A stretch of 64,000 nt of DNA from Moniliella sp. 'wahieum'. Lineage: Eukaryota. Numbering within the stretch: position 1 is the stretch's first letter; every line of letters begins with the position of its first letter. The stretch is from NCBI GenBank assembly GCA_003971905.1, contig RSEE01000005.1:558001-622000 (forward strand), read 5' to 3'. Below are positions 1 through 11,116 of the stretch, one piece after another. Position numbers and translations under genes: made by a program. The notes below the pieces were generated by a model. The model saw only the letters and a list, made by a program, of their open reading frames with translations, made no database searches and was not told the origin of the DNA.

Positions 1-285
1 GCCAAGATCACCAACACGGATGTGTCGCGCCTGCTGGCTTCTGAGGAGATCCAGGCCGTGCTTCGTCCTGCTGGCCCCAAGGCGACCAAGCGTCCCTTCA
101 CCCAGAAGAAGAACCCCCTGCGCAACAAGTTTGTTATGGACCGTCTCAACCCGTACGCCAAGGTCCAGCGCAAGATCGAGGCCGAGATTCGCGCTGCCAA
201 GGCTGCCGGCACCTACAAGCCCGCTGCCAAGCCCGCCAAGTTGGCACTCAACCCCAAGTTCCTCGAGTTCCTCCACGCTCCCTAA
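1..285 (+). CDS. RPL4: 60S ribosomal protein L4 (uL4), C-terminal part, truncated by window start
   Basis: Frame 1 reads AKITNTDVSRLLASEEIQAVLRPAG...KKNPLRNKFVMDRLNPYAK, the eukaryotic uL4 C-terminal domain. Strong C-ending codon bias; TAA at 283-285. Confidence 0.93.
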   Translation, partial: AKITNTDVSRLLASEEIQAVLRPAGPKATKRPFTQKKNPLRNKFVMDRLNPYAKVQRKIEAEIRAAKAAGTYKPAAKPAKLALNPKFLEFLHAP

Positions 286-1254
286 GTGTTCGCAGGAGTA
301 CAACTACGTGCCTGGGTTTCACTATTTCGTGGACTGGTGGGAGGACTTGCTCCTCCCTCTTCTTGACTGGGCGGTCGCTTAGCGCGCACGTGCCCGTGGC
401 TCTGAATGATGGGGAGGATTATCAGGGCTTGGCAGCCTATGCACTCCATATGCCGCATCCCTCCAAAAATGCACCGATTTGTCTGTCCTGGGGCGTTGGC
501 CTCCCTTCTGGTTGTTCTGCCGAATCCATTGCTCCATGCGACAAACTTGGTCTCGTTGACGTCCATAGAAAAATACACACAACGGCCAGCAGCCGGCCAG
601 CCCGCCAGGTTGGGTGCATGTGCCCAACATTACATCCCATCCCACTCTACGTAAAATAGAGAGACGTTTGGTACGGTTCTGACCTAATAGGACGTGCAGC
701 GCCGTCCGCATTCGTTCGGTCCAGGCCAGCCTCAGGGTCTAGTGCTTTTTTACGTTGTACCAACGGCATACGAGTCGGGCGAAGACAAGTGGAACCAAGC
801 CTTCATAGGGAAGCGAAAGATTCATTGGTATAGGGGTGTAGACATGGCTAGGATGGGGGTGGAGGAAGGATTGCCGGATTACCTAAAGAGGACTGTGACA
901 GGCGGTCTTCGCTGGAAGAGGGTGGCCGGTGACCGGTGAGGGCGGAACGTAAGGAGTTGTTCACTCTCCTCCCATTCCGCCTTCTTCGCAAATACATCCA
1001 TTGCCCAAACCCTTTGAACACAGGAAGCATGTCAACGCCCGGGTTTCTAAGCCCAGCGGCTCCTGCCTCCGCTCTCGCGCATGCTCGATGAGATTCTCAA
1101 GCAAGGAGACCCAGATGGGTGTCTACCATAGATCGGAAGTGTGTCCCAGTGGTAATGGCAAATAGCATAGCTTAGCATACGATCCAACGTGGAATAAACG
1201 GAGATGGGAGATGAGGGTGCAAAGAGTCGGTTCCTTGCTGCCTACAGTGGTGAA

Positions 1255-1703
1255 TCACTTCTTCTTGCCCTTCTTGGCGGTCTTGACAACGGTAGCACCG
1301 CGCGTGGCCTCTTGTCCACCCGACATCCAGTCCAAGTCTTCCTCGGCAAAGGCAAAGTCATCCTGCGAGAACTTTTTCTGGAAACGACCAAGTTGGCCCT
1401 CCATGTCGACAGCCACACCCAAGGCATTCGACCGTTCCGCCAACGGATTCCAGAGGGGTGGTTGGTTGGGTCACGCGTAAGGCGCATTGCGGCACGTGGA
1501 GACGAGGTAAATACATCGATCGAGGAACCGTCATTAAGCACGATCGTCATGGGAAACTTGGACACGGGCTTGGGCGTGTGCAGTTTGGTCGGACGCCCCA
1601 GGGCTGGAACCGAAGTGGCCAGAGTACGGTCCGCTCCCACACGATTGGCGCGAATAAGGGGAAATATCCGTCCCGAAGTAGAGCATGTGCGAAGGGCCCA
1701 CAT
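1255..1703 (-). CDS. MRPL36: Mitochondrial ribosomal protein bL31m (MRPL36-like), one frameshift near 1455
   Basis: Arg-rich presequence MWALRTCSTSGR..., then TIVLNDGSSIDVFTSSPRAAMRLTRDPTNHP(L)WNP...EGQLGRFQKKF and a Lys-rich tail, typical of fungal bL31m. Confidence 0.8.
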
Positions 1704-2130
1704 TGTGACCACGAGCGCCTTCTCAGAAAAGGAGTTGGAGGTGGTGCTGTGACAAAGCCTCGCCTCGGCCCAAGATCGACTCCGGACGGAAGAAAGTGTA
1801 AACATTTCAATGGCATATATTCGCGTGGGGTAATTGCATACGAGACCGTACGTTGAACGTACGGAAGTTGAACGCATTTGACAGCCGAACCCGCTCGTTA
1901 TAGAGGCACTTCGGGACCTTTTTGGGATGGAGCTGGTAGACAGATGCAGTAAGGCTGCCTAGCACTCCCTGATATGCCTCAAAAGAGGATTGCATGCACC
2001 CTACCGGGCTACCCCTAGCCTTTCGACAGATGAGCCACGCGGGTAGGTCTTCCGGTTGTGCACGTTGTGTAAAGGAAGCAGAGAAATGGGAGGTACACAG
2101 CTGTGCAACCTGGAAAAACATACTTCGCCT

Positions 2131-2290
2131 GGAACGGTGGCTAAGGTGGCGAAGGGGACCGGTGGCTAAGGTGGCGATGGTGGGCCGGGGGAACGGTGGC
2201 TAAGGTGGCGACGGGGGAACGGTGGCTAAGGTGGCGACGGGGGAACGGTGGCTAAGGTGGCGAAGGGGGAACGGTGGCTACGGTGGCGAC
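2131..2290. repeat. Minisatellite, about six copies of a ~26-bp unit GGGGGAACGGTGGCTAAGGTGGCGAC
   Basis: GAAC/GACC unit anchors at 2132, 2157, 2191, 2217, 2243 and 2269; the last four are exactly 26 bp apart. Confidence 0.9.
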
Positions 2291-2847
2291 GCAGCAGACC
2301 GGGCCGTAGGCCCGGTGGTCTCCTCGTGTATTCTTATAGTAGGTGTCTTTAACGTCCCCTTAGCCCAGCACAAAATGGTGCTGCTGTAATTCAATTTGAA
2401 CGCAGGGGGGCATCCGCTGGGATGGTGCTAGTATCAAGCCTAAGCTGAAGCTCATGCAACGCTGCCTCGCGCAGTGAGTTAGTGTGTGCAGGGCCTGAAT
2501 TGTATGTGAACCTTAGAGCGTCTGAGAGTAGCGCAGGTAGTACGCCCAGTCTACTTGTTCATATTAGAAGCTAGTGGCAGGACGCAAAGTACTATAGGAA
2601 GGGACTGTGGCCTCACCCCCGACTCGGGCAGATCCCACTGTTAGGCCAAAAGTGGTGCAATCGTAGTTAACTACCCGTGGATCTGCAACAACATACGCTC
2701 AGGCGCACGCAGTGAGCGGTCATCAAAAGCTGCATCTGCCATGGTTGGCTCCTCGACGGTAGGACGAAGTGCTATTAGTGACTGCGGTGGCCTGCGACTA
2801 GTGGCCTAGAGCGGCGAGTGGCCCATCAAATTCCGCCGCCCCCTGCG

Positions 2848-2951
2848 CATCATGCATCATGCATCATGCATCGCTTTTCTTCCGAGGGCTGGCTAGCGGT
2901 GACCGGTGACCGGTGACCTCACTAGTCACTGGTGACGCGTGACGCGTGACT
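2848..2951. repeat. TNA/4-bp-palindrome heptamer arrays just upstream of SEC72
   Basis: (CATCATG)x3 at 2848-2868, (GGTGACC)x3 at 2898-2918, TCA-CTAG-TCA-CTGG-TGA-CGCG-TGA-CGCG-TGA at 2919-2949. Confidence 0.9.
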
Positions 2952-3010
2952 GGCTACCACCCTGCTCCACGTGGCTCAGGTGAGCGTGTTTGCTGCCCAC
3001 CATCGCAACC

Positions 3011-3690
3011 ATGTCAGGCCCCCAGATCGTCCAAGGCGGCCCGCCGGCCCCGACCGAGAGCAGATGGCGCTGTCTGATGCCTCGTTCCAACGGGTGGAGC
3101 TCTCCTTTGACGACAGCGGCAAGCTAGTCTCGCCCACCCACAACCTCGACCTCATCAACCGTTTGGCCAATGCCATTGGCTCTCTGCCCCCCACCATGCC
3201 CTTCCCCCCTCCGCCCAATGTTGTACCACCCCAGCGCGCCATGGCCGTCAACTCCCTCAAAGAAAAAGGGAATGCAGCCATGAAGGAGAACGATCTTCCC
3301 GAGGCCGTCAAGTTCTACACGCTGGCCGTGGACTTGAGCGCGAACCGTCCTCTGTGGGAACCAGCCGCTCTGGCGAGCGAGGAGCTTTCCATTTGCCTTT
3401 CCAACCGCTCAGCTGCTCTCTACGCTGCCGGTGACTATATCGCTGCTCTGGCTGATGCTGATGCTGCTGTTGAATTGCGCCGCCCATGGCCCAAAGCTCA
3501 TACCGCAAGGGCAAGGCTTTGGCTGGCTTGGGACGCTTTAGGGAAGCTCGGGAGGCGTACCAAGCAGGTCAACAGTTCGATCCTGATAACCCGGTGCGTA
3601 CATCCTTCTCATTTTGTCTGTCCAATGGTACTAATCTGGGCGTGTAACTGGACAGGATTTCCTCAAGGCGTTGCAAGAGCTTCCCCGTAA
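3011..3690 (+). CDS. SEC72: Translocation protein Sec72 (TPR protein); frameshifts and a 3' intron (~3593-3656)
   Basis: PPPP..QRAMAVNSLKEKGNAAMK...AVKFYTLAVDLSANRPLWEP...ELSICLSNRSAA...ALADADAAVELRRPWPKAHYRKGKAL is the Sec72 TPR signature. Intron GTGCGT...CTAAT...CAG. Confidence 0.85.
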
Positions 3691-4712
3691 CGAACGGCCG
3701 TGAGTACTGAGTGGAGATGATGGTACCGGGGCTGGCCAATGTTTCGTTCCTTCGTCCCGTTCAATGTATGTCTGTTCTGGTCCACGTCGCTCATTGTAGT
3801 CTTAGGCAGTGTTCGCTTGAGGTCGAGTGTCGACGCATTCAGGATGCCAAGAAGACACTCTTGTCATTCCTTTGGACGATGGGGGCCAGGGCTAGTTGAT
3901 TGGTCCTTGTATGTTTCAAGTGCACGAAGGTGCTGTAGTGGTCCTTTGAGGCCACTGGACAGGTGAGAAGTGGGTTTTAGAAGTGGGTTTCCAGGCCCCA
4001 CAATCTACAGCGCCGCCATCCTATGTCAGGAAATCGTTGGGGCTTCCGCGCTTATGGGTCTCTGGCTGAGCCTTTGCACGAGCACGAGAACGAATCAATG
4101 GGCCGCTAGTGGGCTGGAGGTCGCGCTTTTTCATGCCACTCGGCCAAGTCTTTTCGCCCCCTCACTGGGGGCAATGACCCGGTAGCTTTTTGAAGATGTT
4201 TTGGATGAAGCTGATCATGCAATAACACCTATCAGCGTGACTCTCCGACCTCTCTCTCCACCATGTGGGGGCATCGTTGTCTCGCGCTTTGCCTTCTATT
4301 GTTTTCGCGCCGTCGAGCCGCACATTTTCATTCTCATCCTGGGCAATTGTCTCTCGTCTGTGGGCAGCTTGGGCACTGCTTATGAAGGGCCGTATGATGC
4401 CCAGAATCTTCTCGTTGGTCACGGCAGCACCTTCTGGCTACTCATACCCAAAAACCTCGACCCTCCCCCCAGCTATCACCCTCCTCTGCCCACCTTCATT
4501 GGCTGTCATAGATCTGGGATGGGAGGGGGACGGGTACAACCACGACGCGTCTAGAAAGGGAAAAGAATGATACCTCATCGCCACCTGGCCTGCTCCCAAA
4601 TTCGGCCAACATGCATTATGCACACCATGTTTAACCGCTAACAATGGAAACCCAATACGATACATTGATTTTGAGGGGACGAAGAGGATCACCCCTAGGC
4701 CACAAATTGGTC

Positions 4713-6339
4713 TCATTCCTCGTCGCTCTCAAGGACGACACGACGACGATGCTGGGAGCGGGGCTCCTCCTGCTCCTCATCAACGTCCATTGCGTCCTCA
4801 TCATCTTTGGAGGGCGAAACAGAGCGGCGCGAACCCTTGGAGCGCCGGCCAGAAGCCACCCTATTACCGGTCTCTTCCTCTGCCGACCCCTCCGACTTTT
4901 CGGCCTCCTCCTCGTCACTGCTGTCAGCACGGGCCTCCTCCTCTTCCTCATCCGTGACAACAAAGTCGTCTTGTTCGTACTCTTCCTCCTCGCCGCCGTG
5001 TCTGTGAGCTGCACGGTGGGAACGAGCAGGGGGAGAAAATTCGCGGCGAGTGCGGTGGTACCCATCGTGAGCGGCTGCCAGGGCTGAAGTACCGGCTCCA
5101 CGTCGACGAGATGGTGCGCCAAGGTCATCGTCGTACCGGTCCTCGGCTTTTTTCCGCTCTCGCTGCTTCTTGCGCTCAATTTCCTTCAAGCGACGGTCCT
5201 CCAAGGCAGCCGACTGCTCCGGATCAAGCTCCAATCCATCAGCCGTGGTGACCTGGGACCCAACCCCCAGGGGGCGTCGGTGGTGGTAACCTTAGCCACA
5301 CGCTGATGTTTAACAGCTGCCGCGAGACGCCGGTGAGTCTTGCTGTTTACATCTGAGGGCTGGAATGCGAGCGCGCCCGAAATGGGTGTGCGAACACTCA
5401 GAACTTGTGCATCCGCATCAGGTACTACGAGGTACGCCAGTGCAGGGTTGCCCGAAGCCTCGGCGGGCGGGCCCGCCATGGCTTTGCCCAGGGTTTTGTC
5501 GGTCACATTGGGAGTACCGGCTTGCATGTGCAAGTCGAACAGTTCTTTTCCCAATTGCATCGACACACTTCCGTCGGACCAGGTCACAATCCGGGCGTTC
5601 GACTCGGGAACAAAGCGCGTCTTGCCATCCGGAGTCCGCTCGTGGCGCCAACGCCAGCGGACTGTGTTCGTAGTCTTGAGCAACGAACGAAGTTTGTCGT
5701 CCGCGATTTTAGCTTCGTTACCAGCCCCTGATTCGGTCGCATTCTCCTGGCTTGGATCCCATTCGTGCTCATCAAAGGGCTGGCTCGAGAGATCCAAGAA
5801 CGAAGGCAGCTTGGCAACCCAATGGCTGCGACCTTGGCGAACCGCCTGGGCCGGCAACATGAGGTTGGCATGGATTTCCTCCTCCTCCTCTTCCTCCTCG
5901 GCCGCTTCTCCCTTTTGTCCCTCTTCCTCACGGTACTCGAGTGCCTCGCGACGTGCATACGACCCCTCAGACCGGGCAGGGGACCCACCCCTGGACTGGG
6001 AACGAGAACGAGAGCGGCTCCACTCCCGCTCAGGCGGCGGAGGAGACGGAGAGATAGCGGGAGGCGTGGAAGCTCGTCCCTTGGAAGAAACACGTGCTGA
6101 TTTGGACTTTCCATGGCATGGTCATCAGAATCGGTGTCCCGCTGGCGGCGCTTGCGCGACACGATAGGGCCATCGTCATCATCCGAATCGTCGCCAAAGA
6201 GGCCAGCGCTGCCGTGCGAGCTGGCTGGCGCAGGCGGTGCATCCTCCTCATTCCGAGGAGGAGAGCTGGGGGCAGGAACAGCAGAGGCCCCGTTGGCGGA
6301 GGATGGGCTCGCTGCGGGCGGAGAAGAGGGCTGCGACAT
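4713..6339 (-). CDS. LEO1: Paf1 complex subunit Leo1, frameshifted
   Basis: Acidic N-terminus (GLFGDDSDDDD). Leo1 core KLPSFLDLSSQPFD...NTVRWRWR...ESNARIVTWSDGSVSMQLGKELFD. Acidic C-terminus ending RRRVVLESDEE. Confidence 0.9.
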
Positions 6340-6569
6340 GGCCGGTCGAGGTGGTGTGCTGCCCACAGCGCGCGCAGGAAGCCAAGGCTCTTGCTAGGGC
6401 CCCGAGGGAGCGAGCGTGCCCCCAAGGCGGAATGAACTCATTCCGCCCTGCGTCGCGTATTTGCTGACGGGGTAGGCTGATAGGCCTGCAAGCGGTGATT
6501 ATCGAGTACAGAACATGGTTAAACATTAACGTTAACCCCATCACCATCTGCCTCCATCCCAGCTATGCC

Positions 6570-8290
6570 ATGACCCGAGAAGCGTACGCTCTCGTGCTTG
6601 TCCAGGGACATAGTACGCATCGTATCGGATACTCTATCCAAGGATCATTTGCCCTTCCAAACATCACGCTCGGCGCACGCGTTGGCATACCAAACACCGC
6701 ATCCAGTTGGCGGGATTACATTGTTGGCGACGCCCTCGTTACCGTCGAAAATGCTGGCTCCCCCGACCTCACTATTGTTTAACCCATCTACAACAATCAC
6801 GTCGTTAACTGGGGCTCTTGTTAGCACACCCACTTCATGGTCGTTTGGTTTTGCTTGCGCTGCCCTCGTTGTCACGTTCGCCCATGTCAACAGCAACGCA
6901 ATTCATATTTGAGCATCTCGGCGCAATGGGTGTTTCGGTGGTCGAAACATCGCAACTGTCGACTTATGGCTATGGTGCAACTGCCAGGACCGTGGTGGAC
7001 ATTCGCTCTGAATTCACACTGGTCCAACTCGTACCACGCCCCTCGCAGGCATTGCGGCCGCGTGCGCTATCGGTGCATGGTAGTGTCACCACTACCTTGC
7101 CCACCCCATTTATGAGGAAGGGGGTGGGACCCTGTCGGCTGCTCACAGAGTGGCACAACGTGCCTTGGCCAAAGGGGGCGAACCCCTCCGAGGAAGCGAT
7201 CCAAGCCCAAACGCGTGAATTGTTGATCGAGTTGTCGGAGCACTTGGCTTCCCGCGGTGCAATGAGTGGTATTGGTGATCCTGAGGGTGCAGACGCAGTC
7301 ACCCATGGCTCAGCGGCCAAGAAGGCAGCCGCCGAGAATGGTGAGCTGGATGTGGCCGCGATCCTGGTTCAAGGGCATGAACGCGATTGGATCAACGGTA
7401 CCAAGGGGGATGAGGTGGCTGAAGCGAATAACGGCGATAATGATAAGGGCGATGACCCCAGTTCCACTACAGTCATTCTGCGTGGCGTACAGGTCCCTGT
7501 GGGACCAATCCGATTCCAATGGGCAGAGCCCTTGCTTAACCCCCCGTTCTACAATTTGTTCCATCATGACAAAGCGTTTCCCGTGCTCATATCTCGTCAG
7601 CCGCTTGCCGTGGAGAACATTTTCTCTGCACCGAAGCCCAAAGGCACTGGCCGAGCGACGTCCGTTGCGTTGTCGCCGGTGTCTCGTCTTGGCAACCCAC
7701 GCCCTCGGGTGATGGCAAAGTTAAAGGGAACACGCCCCATCTTTACTCGACGCAGTCTTGCTAGCTGTGGACCAGGTTGGGGGTCCAGAGAGCGAACGGC
7801 TCCCGCAACTGATGGACACGATTTTTTTCTCCGGTGCAACACAAGGCACACGTTGCTTGTCCGCGCTTCTTCTCCAGTCCATTTGCTCCCGTGTAATGGG
7901 TGACTATGAGCCACCGCCTGAACTGGCACAATCGCGGTCCAAAGCAGGGCCCAAACCTGGTCAGACTCCACGGCCCCGTGGCGCAGCTCATGATGCAAGA
8001 GAAGCCCAATCCGGTGCAGCCACGCATGGTCCGTGCCGCCAAGTTCCCCAAATATTTCTCATTGCCTACAAAGACCATCCCGGACAAGTCGGCTTTTTGG
8101 GCGCCTGTGTGTCTACGGAAAGGTACGTGATGTTGAAGATGGTCATGTGCACCCCATCAGACTAATCCTGTTGTCTCACTCAATAGCTTGTCTTTGGCGA
8201 ACCAAGGGGGAAACTCTACGTGACCCAGACAGCCTACAACGACCGCGGCCTGGCCGTCGGCTTCATCATTAACATCAATGCTAAAGAGTC
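6570..8290 (+). CDS. ARP9: Actin-related protein Arp9-like (SWI/SNF-RSC subunit); divergent, frameshifted, intron 8123-8186; stop position approximate
   Basis: Stitched frames give actin-fold segments: LVLVQGHSTHRIG..LPNITLGARVG, DYIVGDAL, QFIFEHLGAMGVSVVE..TVVDI, and a C-terminus KFPKYF..YKD..GFLGAC..KLVFGEPRGKLYVTQTAYNDRG, resembling basidiomycete Arp9. Confidence 0.65.
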
Positions 8291-9139
8291 TACTACATTC
8301 AATTTTCACAGCTCCCATACTCTTTCGCATCAACGCCTACACCAACCTAACTGAACACTACTTTTCTTATAGCAAGTCGTGCCTCAGCTTGATAATCACT
8401 CACATGTCACAGCCGCCATTCAGCCTGGGAGCCTTCATTGTATCCCTCCTGGCCTAATAAGCGGGCGAGAGCGTGCTAGTTGAAGGCTAGGATCTACGAG
8501 ACGGGGCCATAATCGACATGATCAATGCGCCTACCGGACAAGGACGACCAGCCCATCTACCAGCGAACAAAGCTGTGATGTCGAAATGGCGTCGTGTGCT
8601 AAGCAAGTGACGCCCTAGTCGCTTTTGTAACGCGCAGCCAGCAACCGGTAACCGGTAGCCGGTAACCTGGAGCTGCTCGCCGGACGCCGGCAGTGGCCGG
8701 CTAGCAACTCAGCCCGTTCCTGATCCAAAGCGGGCCGACTTTGACGACTGCGGCGCCCTGCTGGCAGAAAAAAATGCACCGCCCGAGGATAGGTGCTGTC
8801 TGCTGCCTGATGCTCGGGGCCAGCACCGCGCCACTCTGTGGGTGCGGGGGCGCATGAGGAATACCGGCAAGATCCCAGTCTGCGTTGGGGTTAAGCCGGT
8901 TAGGCTGGCTGCGGGGCGCCGTCCGGGGACGGCCGGCACCGGTCGGGCTTCCAACACTGCCCCCATGCTAGCGACCGAAATCTCTCCATTTTGGCCCCGG
9001 CCTCCTGTTCGGGCGGCCGCGATCTCTTCAAGCTGCCTCAGGCCTCCCCAGTCCTCCACCCGGTTTCGATCGCACCACCGCCGCCACTGCAAGTACTCCA
9101 TCTTCTTCCCTGTCCTCATTACCCCTCTCGCTTTCCTCC

Positions 9140-10015
9140 ATGTCGGCCGTGCACGACACCGACATCGACAGCCTCATTGGCTCCCTCCAGACCGTTTCCG
9201 CCGGCGACCGTGGTTACGCTATCCGCCACCTACGCGACCAGCTCTTTGCGAGTCTCGGCAGCGTTGCTTTGGGCCCCAGCCTCCCGCCTGGGGAGGGGGG
9301 GAGGACCGTCTCCGTATCCCCGTCACCATCCCCTCCGCCTGAGGCCCCTGCCTTTCAACCCGACACGTCCTTCCCCGACACATTTGCTCCCGGTTCCGTT
9401 TCCCGGAACACACCTCTCCTGGGTCGCTCCCGCGCCGGGTCCCATGGACACCGACACCCTTCATCGTCTCCTACCCGCCCGCGTGTAGCACGCCAAGCTC
9501 GTTCCCGTGCCGACCCTTACAACATTAGCTGCCCTCGCGCCCACCTAGGCCCGCGCGGTGGCGTCCCCAGCGGAATTTCCTCGCGACACACCTCTCCCGA
9601 GCACATGGCCGCAGCCGCTGCTCAACTGAGTTCACCTTACTCCGCCTCAGCAGTATCAGAGTCGTGCGTGGGGTCGCGATCTCGGTCTGGGTCGTCGGTA
9701 TCTGCTGCATCCGCTCCAGCGCAAGTGCCTCTCTCCCCCTCCTACTCCAAGATGGAGTTGGGGGGTGCATCGGGCGCTGTGCAGGGCCCAGCTCCTTGTA
9801 GTCGCGGGCCAGCCACTCTTTCCTGGGGAGCCCAGTTTGTCTTCACCCCAATGCGCCAAGACGGTGGCATGGCGTTCTCCGTGCCTTCGACAATGTCGAT
9901 TTCCTCTGAGGAAGGTCTACTGAACAGTGAGACGACCAGCGGAAGGACGTCTGTCATCAGCTTGGCCCCAGATGCATGTTTGGCCACTCTCCCCCAACCG
10001 CCGCTAAGGAGATGA
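9140..10015 (+). CDS. Hypothetical Ser/Pro-rich protein
   Basis: Uninterrupted 291-aa ORF after a pyrimidine-rich leader. Short helical N-terminus (DIDSLIGSLQ...LRDQLFASL) followed by low complexity; no recognised domain. Confidence 0.55.
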   Translation: MSAVHDTDIDSLIGSLQTVSAGDRGYAIRHLRDQLFASLGSVALGPSLPPGEGGRTVSVSPSPSPPPEAPAFQPDTSFPDTFAPGSVSRNTPLLGRSRAGSHGHRHPSSSPTRPRVARQARSRADPYNISCPRAHLGPRGGVPSGISSRHTSPEHMAAAAAQLSSPYSASAVSESCVGSRSRSGSSVSAASAPAQVPLSPSYSKMELGGASGAVQGPAPCSRGPATLSWGAQFVFTPMRQDGGMAFSVPSTMSISSEEGLLNSETTSGRTSVISLAPDACLATLPQPPLRR

Positions 10016-11116
10016 ACTCAGGAGATTCGCAGACGTTTGCCCATGACCTCATTTCTCATCCTTGACCCCCCCCCCCCCTTTGATCCCCGCTGTGCTGGAC
10101 GTCTCCAGCCCACTAGCGCCGGCTTCGTCTCAATTGGTCTGCAGTGGTGCGACACCCGAGCACTGCTTTCTCCCCTAATTTCCCTAATTTCCTCATCATA
10201 ACTCTCGTCCTTCAACCTCATTTTCATCAATGATCTGATACCCCCATCCGCTCTCCATTCCTTCCACATTTTGCCAACATCATGATGTCTCCGAGAACAC
10301 CACTTACGTTTGCCGAGTCACGTCTTAAATGTGCATGGACCACAACTCCCGTACATGTATGACGTGTCTTTTGGAGTGCAATAAACTTGTTCGCGGTCAA
10401 GCTGTATAGCGCCGAGGATAGCCATAAGGCATCTTGATTCTGTGGAATAGCGGTCGATGTGTCGCATAAGGAATGTCATCATGTACAAGGCGCACTGCTG
10501 GTAGTTCCCAGGGGGTTGATGGGGCCGAAGGGGGAGAGGGCATACTTGTCAGCGATGATCTTGTAATGCGTGTCGCAGCTGCTGACCCCCCCTCACCTCC
10601 ATCCTCTTCAAGCCCGCCTGAAGCGAGCGATCCGCACGACGTCTTGGTGTCCCATTGCCCCAAGTTTATTGTTCCTTGCTTCGTATACGATGGGAGGATG
10701 CGTATCTGAGACCATTTGTCGGATGTCCTTACCGTCGCTGGGCTTGGTGGTTCGGCGGCACAGTGCAGAGGCGATCCAAGATGTTATTCCTGTGTCGCAG
10801 CCGTTAGCACTACTACTAACAGCTCGCATGCCATCAGCTGTGTTGTTGCGCCTACTAAGAACCCTCGCCCATCCTGTTCATTCGACGTGCCGTCAGTCAT
10901 GTGGTGAATTCGGTGTCTATGTAGACCCCCTGTACTTTTGTGGGAAAGGGGATGTATTCATGATCGATGCGACGTTAGGACATTTCGTTCAACAGTCTTT
11001 TCATCAGAGAGTAAAATTCACGGGCGTTACACAGGTTATGGGTATTGCATCGAAAAGTGAAGTAGACAGGGCTTGTGATCGACGCGAGACATAGGCTTGA
11101 TAGTCATCAGTCCTCG

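Noticed and set aside
2131..2290. 26-bp repeats as a CRISPR array
   Set aside because: Units are directly tandem with no unique spacers, there are no cas genes, and the context is eukaryotic.
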